A stretch of 32,000 nucleotides of DNA from Cylindrospermopsis raciborskii Cr2010 (GTDB taxonomy: Bacteria; Cyanobacteriota; Cyanobacteriia; Cyanobacteriales; Nostocaceae): contig NZ_CP065936.1 in NCBI RefSeq assembly GCF_003367075.2, positions 3,090,001 through 3,122,000 on the forward strand, written 5' to 3'. Of the stretch, positions 26,855 to 32,000 are shown in pieces (within the stretch, counting starts at the first letter, position 1; each line of letters starts with the position of its first letter). Made by a program: the position numbers and the translations under genes. Under the pieces are notes generated by a model. The model worked only from the letters and a program-made list of their open reading frames with translations. It did not search any database and was not told where the DNA came from.

Positions 26855-27252
26855 GACTCTAACCTGAGCAATTTTACTTACAATTTTTTCGTTCCTTCTT
26901 TCTTGATAATAGTCTCATATTTTTACTTTTTAATGTTAAACGTTAACTTTTTTGTTAAATTCTCTGCGCCTGGTGATTTACTATTATTTACCGAAATATT
27001 TATGTTTTATTGACAATTATTTTTATTTACCTCCATTAATAAATAGTTGCTAGTTCATGATAAACAATCTGATCAAAATCTTTATGAAATTTATAGTTAA
27101 TGAAGAACTAATAAAGTTTAAATTTCCGGGTATGAATAGGGAGACAAATCACAATCTACAGTTAACAGGGAACGGTTAACTATGAATCAAAATGAGACAT
27201 CGAGGGTTAATTTAAGTCAACCATCTAGGCAATTTAACTAGGAAGTAGCCTT

Positions 27253-28839
27253 ATGCCTTATATAATTCCTAATAAAAATTGCAATAGATGTGATAAATGC
27301 CGCCCCCAATGTCCTACGGGTGCCATCAAAATTGAAAATAATGAATATTGGATAGATCCTTGTCTTTGTAACAATTGTGAGGGTTATTATCCCGAACCAC
27401 AATGCGTAATTGCTTGTCCTACCCAATCTCCTATACCCTGGCAAGCTAAAAAAGGCAGGTGCAAAGTTGAAGTAAGAGAATCTACCAGTCTGGATTTATT
27501 TTCTAATGGTAAAAACCACCCATTTGCTTCCGCTATAGTCATTTGGGAGGCGTGCAATATATTGGCCCAACGTAAATCATTACATTGGGCACAGGATGGG
27601 GGAGGTAATTTATACTATAGTCGTCAAGTTAATCAAGGTCGAGGTAATATTTCTTTTGCTATTCAAGACTCATCTAAATCTGGTTTCGTCAGAGATTTAT
27701 CAACTATCGAAAATCTCGATATTCGTGCTGCCTGTATTCACCTAATTTTTGCAGCATACGCTACAACTTTGGAGCGACCTTGGGAACAGGAATTTACCAT
27801 TGATGAACGGCAAATTGAAGCATATTTGGGACTGGAAAAACGCAAAGATCTGAACAAAACTACAAGGTTATGTTTGATTAAGAGTATTGTTCAACAGGTC
27901 TGTTCTTTGGTTGTTTCTATTGATTGGCAAGCTAGAGGTAAAGTCCCCGCTTTCTCTGTGCAGAAGAGTTATCTATGGGATTTGACAGATATTGAACATC
28001 ATTTTCAGGAAGATGAACGAGGCTGTAAATATCTCATTGGTTTGACTTTTAAAGTGAAAGCTGGTCTGTGGTCTAGGCACTTTTTAAATAAACAGGGCTG
28101 TAAAGAAAGTTTGGCATTCTATCAATATGGTAGCTTACCAAAAACATTATTGACTACGGTGATGAGTCTTTGGCAACAACATGAAGGTGCTGTTAGGTTG
28201 ATGTTATGGTTACTTTTTAAAACTAAAATGGGCAGGGAACAAAGAATTACTGTTCCTACTTTATTGCGCGTTGGTTATGGCGAGGAAAAAATTCATCTTG
28301 CTTCTAGATCCCGGGATGAGCGTAAGCGTTTGCTACGCACTTTTGAAAATGATTTGGAGGTACTTAATCACTATGGTATTAAAGTGATTTTTGACCCCGT
28401 TACTTACCCAGTAGAAATTCAGCCCCTCTGGGCAAAACTAGTTGATATTCCTGAAGATCCAGATGAGGCCTTGGAATTTTGGATTAATGATGGTAGTGGT
28501 GAGCATCGTCTGACTGATAGCAGTCCCCGTGGTAAGTGGAATATGTTGATGAATGCTCGAATTTTGTCTTTTGAATTACCTTCAGATTGGGAAAACGTCA
28601 CTCCCCAACCCCATCGTAAACAACATCGTTCCGTCAAGGGTAAAAGGTCTGTGAAACCTCATGATGATTTATTGGGGGAACAGGTATTACAAGCTCGCAA
28701 AGCTATTAGTATCTCTCAACGGGAATTAGCAAAGTTGGCTGGTAAAAGTCAGAGTTGGATCCGTGATGTGGAAAATGGCCGTCTCAAACCTAAATCGGAA
28801 GATCAGCTTTTGCTTAGGAGAATCTTAAATATTCTCTAA
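27253..28839 (+). CDS. patB: PatB/CnfR-type nitrogen-fixation transcriptional activator (ferredoxin-like N-terminus plus XRE HTH C-terminus)
   Basis: 528 aa. N-terminal CNRCDKCRPQCP and CLCNNCEGYYPEPQCVIACP cluster motifs. C-terminal HTH is ISQRELAKLAGKSQSWIRDVENG. Architecture and size match Anabaena PatB (CnfR). Confidence 0.75.
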   Translation: MPYIIPNKNCNRCDKCRPQCPTGAIKIENNEYWIDPCLCNNCEGYYPEPQCVIACPTQSPIPWQAKKGRCKVEVRESTSLDLFSNGKNHPFASAIVIWEACNILAQRKSLHWAQDGGGNLYYSRQVNQGRGNISFAIQDSSKSGFVRDLSTIENLDIRAACIHLIFAAYATTLERPWEQEFTIDERQIEAYLGLEKRKDLNKTTRLCLIKSIVQQVCSLVVSIDWQARGKVPAFSVQKSYLWDLTDIEHHFQEDERGCKYLIGLTFKVKAGLWSRHFLNKQGCKESLAFYQYGSLPKTLLTTVMSLWQQHEGAVRLMLWLLFKTKMGREQRITVPTLLRVGYGEEKIHLASRSRDERKRLLRTFENDLEVLNHYGIKVIFDPVTYPVEIQPLWAKLVDIPEDPDEALEFWINDGSGEHRLTDSSPRGKWNMLMNARILSFELPSDWENVTPQPHRKQHRSVKGKRSVKPHDDLLGEQVLQARKAISISQRELAKLAGKSQSWIRDVENGRLKPKSEDQLLLRRILNIL

Positions 28840-28878
28840 TCCGATCTTCAACTATATTCCCTGTCCCCCCCTATGAAA

Positions 28879-29238
28879 TTACACCCCTACTTTTACTCCT
28901 CGACAAGCTTCTGCACAATTGCGACAAGCACTGGCACAAGCTGTCATCTTTTTATCAGTAGAGATGGTTTCACAAGCTAATGCACAGCGATCGCATATTT
29001 CTGCACAAAGTGCACAAGTCTTTCCAGCAAATAGGGAACCGCTAATTAGCATGTTGGTACATATCATACAAAATTCTGAGCAGTCACGCATGGCGCTGAT
29101 GAGATTGGCACTCATATATTTACCACCTTGACTCATACAGTAGGTCATGGTTTCTAAACAGATTTTATGACATTCTGTGGTAGCATTGACGCAGTTTTGC
29201 ATTTCTGTGGTCAAGGATTCAGTCATCATCATCATCAT
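28879..29238 (-). CDS. Cys-rich four-helix-bundle (DUF326/Csp-like) putative copper-binding protein
   Basis: 16 Cys arranged as repeated CxxxC/CxxC runs: CHKIC, CSEFCMIC, CALCAEICDRCALAC, CASACRNCAEAC. Start taken at the first ATG after GGAGTG, giving MMMMMTESL. The track starts 3 codons earlier, at GTG 29247. Confidence 0.6.
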   Translation of the reverse strand: MMMMMTESLTTEMQNCVNATTECHKICLETMTYCMSQGGKYMSANLISAMRDCSEFCMICTNMLISGSLFAGKTCALCAEICDRCALACETISTDKKMTACASACRNCAEACRGVKVGV

Positions 29239-29403
29239 AATCAACACTCCTGATTTGTTTGGGGGTCAATTCCAAAAATTCATCCTAGCTAAGGTCTGGA
29301 GGTCAAGCTGGCCGCTTTGGCAGTAGTTTTTTCGGAGAATTCCCCCCTCCCTAATTAGTTTGTGCTACCCTAGGAATTAAAGTGTTTTTTAAGCAAACTT
29401 TAG

Positions 29404-29799
29404 GTGGGTTTTGTGCAATTGGGTATGCTCCTTAAACGGAAAAACCGCGCCATTGCAGCTGTGCTGGCCTTTTCCGGTGCGATCGCTATTTCCGGATTAC
29501 ACAAGTTTTATTTGGGACAACCACTATGGGGAATTCTGTATGTGTTATTATCGTGGACACCAATTCCTAAAATAGCTAGTGCTATAGAGGGGGTGTGGTA
29601 TATCACACAGGATGAGGAGACTTTTAACAGGAAGTTTAATTCTGGTAACTTATCAGTTCACAGTTCCCCGGAGGTGAGCACCAATGTAGAATCGGTGGCC
29701 AATGCTTTACGTGAGTTAGATGCTTTGCGTGAGGAAGGGTTGATTTCTGAATATGAATTCGAGCAAAAACGTCGTCAATTGATAGACCGTATTTCTTAG
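29404..29799 (+). CDS. TM2 domain plus SHOCT domain membrane protein
   Basis: TM2-like GLHKFYLGQPLWGILYVLL region. C-terminal SHOCT-like LRELDALREEGLISEYEFEQKRRQLIDRI. Alternative start at ATG 29425. Confidence 0.6.
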   Translation: MGFVQLGMLLKRKNRAIAAVLAFSGAIAISGLHKFYLGQPLWGILYVLLSWTPIPKIASAIEGVWYITQDEETFNRKFNSGNLSVHSSPEVSTNVESVANALRELDALREEGLISEYEFEQKRRQLIDRIS

Positions 29800-29817
29800 T
29801 GGGGACTATAATTTCCG

Positions 29818-30351
29818 ATGATTAGCTGGTTTCCTTGGAATCTCAAGTTACAAAAATTACGAGACAAACTTCTTCATGATCCCTACTATCGCTTACAGTC
29901 GGGTGAGGAAATACATCTTGCTGCACAATTGGGTATGCGGATTGATGTTAATCAAGCCAATGTGGATGACTGGTTACGATTACCCGGTTTATCTATTCAT
30001 CAAGGTCGCTCTTTAGTGGCATTGTCGCGCTCTGGGGTGAAGTTTTACTGTATTGAAGATATTGCTGCGGCTTTGAGTTTACCCATTCATCGACTAGAAC
30101 CGCTCAAGCCTTTATTAAGTTTTACCTATTATGATGAACACTCTCTAGTACACCACCCATCAATTAATATTAATACGGCATCTATAGAAACTCTATTGGA
30201 AATCCCAACGATAGATATGGTCCTAGCGGAGGCGGTGGTAAAAAACCGCCTCGCTGGCGGTGCTTATCGTAATCTGGTGGATTTTCAAAACAGGTTGGGA
30301 TTATCTGGTGACCTGATCTCCAAACTAATGTACTATTTGCACTTTCAATAG
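29818..30351 (+). CDS. helix-hairpin-helix (ComEA-like) domain protein
   Basis: 177 aa with two ComEA-type modules: IDVNQANVDDWLRLPGLS... and ININTASIETLLEIPTID...AVVKNRLAGGAYRNLVDF. Confidence 0.55.
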   Translation: MISWFPWNLKLQKLRDKLLHDPYYRLQSGEEIHLAAQLGMRIDVNQANVDDWLRLPGLSIHQGRSLVALSRSGVKFYCIEDIAAALSLPIHRLEPLKPLLSFTYYDEHSLVHHPSININTASIETLLEIPTIDMVLAEAVVKNRLAGGAYRNLVDFQNRLGLSGDLISKLMYYLHFQ

Positions 30352-30359
30352 TATTACCG

Positions 30360-30947
30360 CTAACCTATCAAACCCAATCGATTTAAGGGCCAAAAGCGAA
30401 ATGCTGCATGACCAATTAGGTTTCTTCGCGGTAAAAAACCCCAGTACCGAGAGTCATTACTGTCATTGCGATTGTCTCCCATCACAAAGAACTTGTTCTC
30501 TGGAATTTTAATCAGGGGGAATGGTTGATTTGCTGGTTCAGCAATGTAGGTTTCTTCCAACTGTTTGCCATTCACATAAACTTGACCATTCACTATACCA
30601 ACTATATCTCCTGGAAGACCTATAATCCGTTTAATAAAGGCTTGATTGTCATCATAACCACGCTCTTGTAATTCGGGAGGTGTCTGAAAAACCACGATGT
30701 CGCCAGCTTGAGGAGGATGAAGTCGGTAGGATATTTTCTCTACTACTAATCTATCCCCTATTTGCAGGGTGGGATACATTGATGCGGAAGGAATTAAACG
30801 AGGTTCTGCAATAAATACTCTGATCAATAGGGCTAAAATCAACGCCACCCCTATTAAAGTTAGATTTTCTTTCCAACCCCCCTGTTTATTTAAATTGTTT
30901 AAAGATGTGGAAGTTTCCTCAATGCTCTTGTTTTCCGGATCATTCAT
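30360..30947 (-). CDS. lepB: signal peptidase I
   Basis: 195 aa. Transmembrane anchor, IPSASMYPTL (catalytic Ser), FIKRIIGLPGD (Lys box) and GDNRNDSNDSRYWGFLP. Confidence 0.9.
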   Translation of the reverse strand: MNDPENKSIEETSTSLNNLNKQGGWKENLTLIGVALILALLIRVFIAEPRLIPSASMYPTLQIGDRLVVEKISYRLHPPQAGDIVVFQTPPELQERGYDDNQAFIKRIIGLPGDIVGIVNGQVYVNGKQLEETYIAEPANQPFPLIKIPENKFFVMGDNRNDSNDSRYWGFLPRRNLIGHAAFRFWPLNRLGLIG

Positions 30948-31029
30948 ACTCTGGTGTGCAGGATTTTGGCTCTCCTATGATTTTAACATACTACGGTTTG
31001 AAGAAACCTAAATGATCTTTGAGCTTTTC

Positions 31030-32000
31030 TCAACTCAGTTTGGCAAATAAATCTCCTAAAACTACATTAGAAAACAAAAAACCCTGGGGATCAGTTAAAC
31101 ATAATCTATCTGTGGTCAATTTCACCCAACCTGGAATTACATAGGTTTGTAAGCACTTTTGTATTTTCTCAACTCTTTGATGACCAAACTTTTCTGCTAA
31201 TACTCCTAGACTTAAACCTTCCGCTAAACGCATCCCCAACATTATAGTCTCTAACAGTTCCTCATCTACATATATAACTTTAGCATCAATTATTGCACCA
31301 TTATTTAACCACTGATAATATTCCTGGATCCTTCTAGGACGAGAAAATCGTTTACCTTCTACATAGCTGGTAGCACCCATGCCAAAACCATAGTAAGCAA
31401 GATTTTGCCAGTAAACACGATTGTGTTTACATTGATGCCCTGGCTTAGCATAATTGGAAATTTCATAATGCTCATAACCCGCACCCGTAAGCATCTCTTG
31501 TCCTAGTTCATACATCTTTACCGTCATCTCATCCGCTGGTAGAGGGTGATCCCCAGCTTGATAATAACGACCAAACACTGTACCCGGTTCTATGGTTAAA
31601 TCATAAATGGAAATATGGGTAGGAGCAATTTCTACCCCCTTGGTCAGAGAATTTTGCCATTGCTCTATAGACTGATGTGGCAAACCCGAAATCAGGTCTA
31701 TGCTAAATTCGGGTATCTCCACTTGGTTAACTATATCAATAGCTGCAAAAATATCTTCAACCGAGTGCGATCGCCCAGCAGTTTTTAACAATTCTGGGGT
31801 AAAGGTCTGCACCCCTAAACTAACTCTGTTTACTCCTGCATTTTTATAACCTTGAATACGAGCTAAATCAAATGTACCTGGATCTATTTCCATAGAAATT
31901 TCTATCTTTGATTCCATGGCAAATCTCTGTTCCAAACTGCTCAATATTTGCTCTAGTTGTTTGGCCGACAATAGAGAAGGTGTACCACCACCAAAAAAAA
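31030..32000 (-). CDS. hemW: radical SAM heme chaperone HemW / HemN-like protein, 5'-truncated by window edge
   Basis: The frame stays open beyond the track's TTG at 31971 up to nt 32000, reading FFGGGTPSLLSAKQLEQ (the HemN/HemW GGGTPS motif). The remaining length after that motif suggests HemW size rather than HemN. Confidence 0.8.
   Translation of the reverse strand, partial: FFGGGTPSLLSAKQLEQILSSLEQRFAMESKIEISMEIDPGTFDLARIQGYKNAGVNRVSLGVQTFTPELLKTAGRSHSVEDIFAAIDIVNQVEIPEFSIDLISGLPHQSIEQWQNSLTKGVEIAPTHISIYDLTIEPGTVFGRYYQAGDHPLPADEMTVKMYELGQEMLTGAGYEHYEISNYAKPGHQCKHNRVYWQNLAYYGFGMGATSYVEGKRFSRPRRIQEYYQWLNNGAIIDAKVIYVDEELLETIMLGMRLAEGLSLGVLAEKFGHQRVEKIQKCLQTYVIPGWVKLTTDRLCLTDPQGFLFSNVVLGDLFAKLS

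Noticed and set aside
26855-27252. Search for an NtcA site (GTA-N8-TAC) in the fdxB/cnfR intergenic region
   Set aside because: I found no exact GTA-N8-TAC. The closest candidate, GTCTCATATTTTTAC, has the wrong spacing.
27238-27444. 68-aa minus-strand ORF across the cnfR start
   Set aside because: It overlaps the Cys-cluster coding region of cnfR on the opposite strand, and no motif supports it.
1-32000. CRISPR arrays, tRNA, rRNA and classical defense gene sets
   Set aside because: I found no regularly spaced repeat-spacer pattern, no cloverleaf-compatible sequence in the intergenic regions I read, and no nuclease, helicase or methylase clusters.

Overview
AT-rich chromosomal window from a cyanobacterium, most likely a filamentous heterocyst-forming (Nostocales-type) lineage. 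Support: at least 17 exact HIP1 octamers (GCGATCGC) found by eye, a psaM gene, a patB/cnfR-type regulator next to a nif-type ferredoxin III, and cyanobacterial versions of ppa, panD, hisG, tatC and lepB. About 34 protein genes are supportable. Most are housekeeping: UbiH-like hydroxylase (5' truncated), Slt-type lytic transglycosylase, TatC, BioD, aspartase, Ppa, PanD, glutathione reductase, type II peroxiredoxin plus PerR, HisG, LepB, and HemW (truncated at the window end). I saw no rRNA, tRNA or CRISPR array, and no classical defense island. Non-routine content: (1) a structured 110-120 bp MITE-like repeat with three full copies and two terminal fragments. (2) A complete 756-bp IS1-family element with a perfect 8-bp target duplication, inserted in the divergent promoter of a LysR regulator. 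(3) A frameshifted yebC/pmpR gene. (4) A prx-gor-ABC exporter string divergent from perR, with a perfect 7-1-7 palindrome in the intergenic region. (5) An fdxB / patB(cnfR) divergon flanked by a 16-Cys, Met5-headed DUF326-type protein. (6) A 31-codon psaM gene missing from the ORF track. (7) A secreted S1 protease, lipoprotein and small membrane ORF trio of unknown role. (8) A histidine kinase whose ATP-binding boxes I cannot find. I do not see one clearly novel multi-gene system. The strongest candidates for follow-up are the structured repeat family and the fdxB-cnfR-DUF326 cluster. All functional calls come from motif recognition by eye, with no database search.
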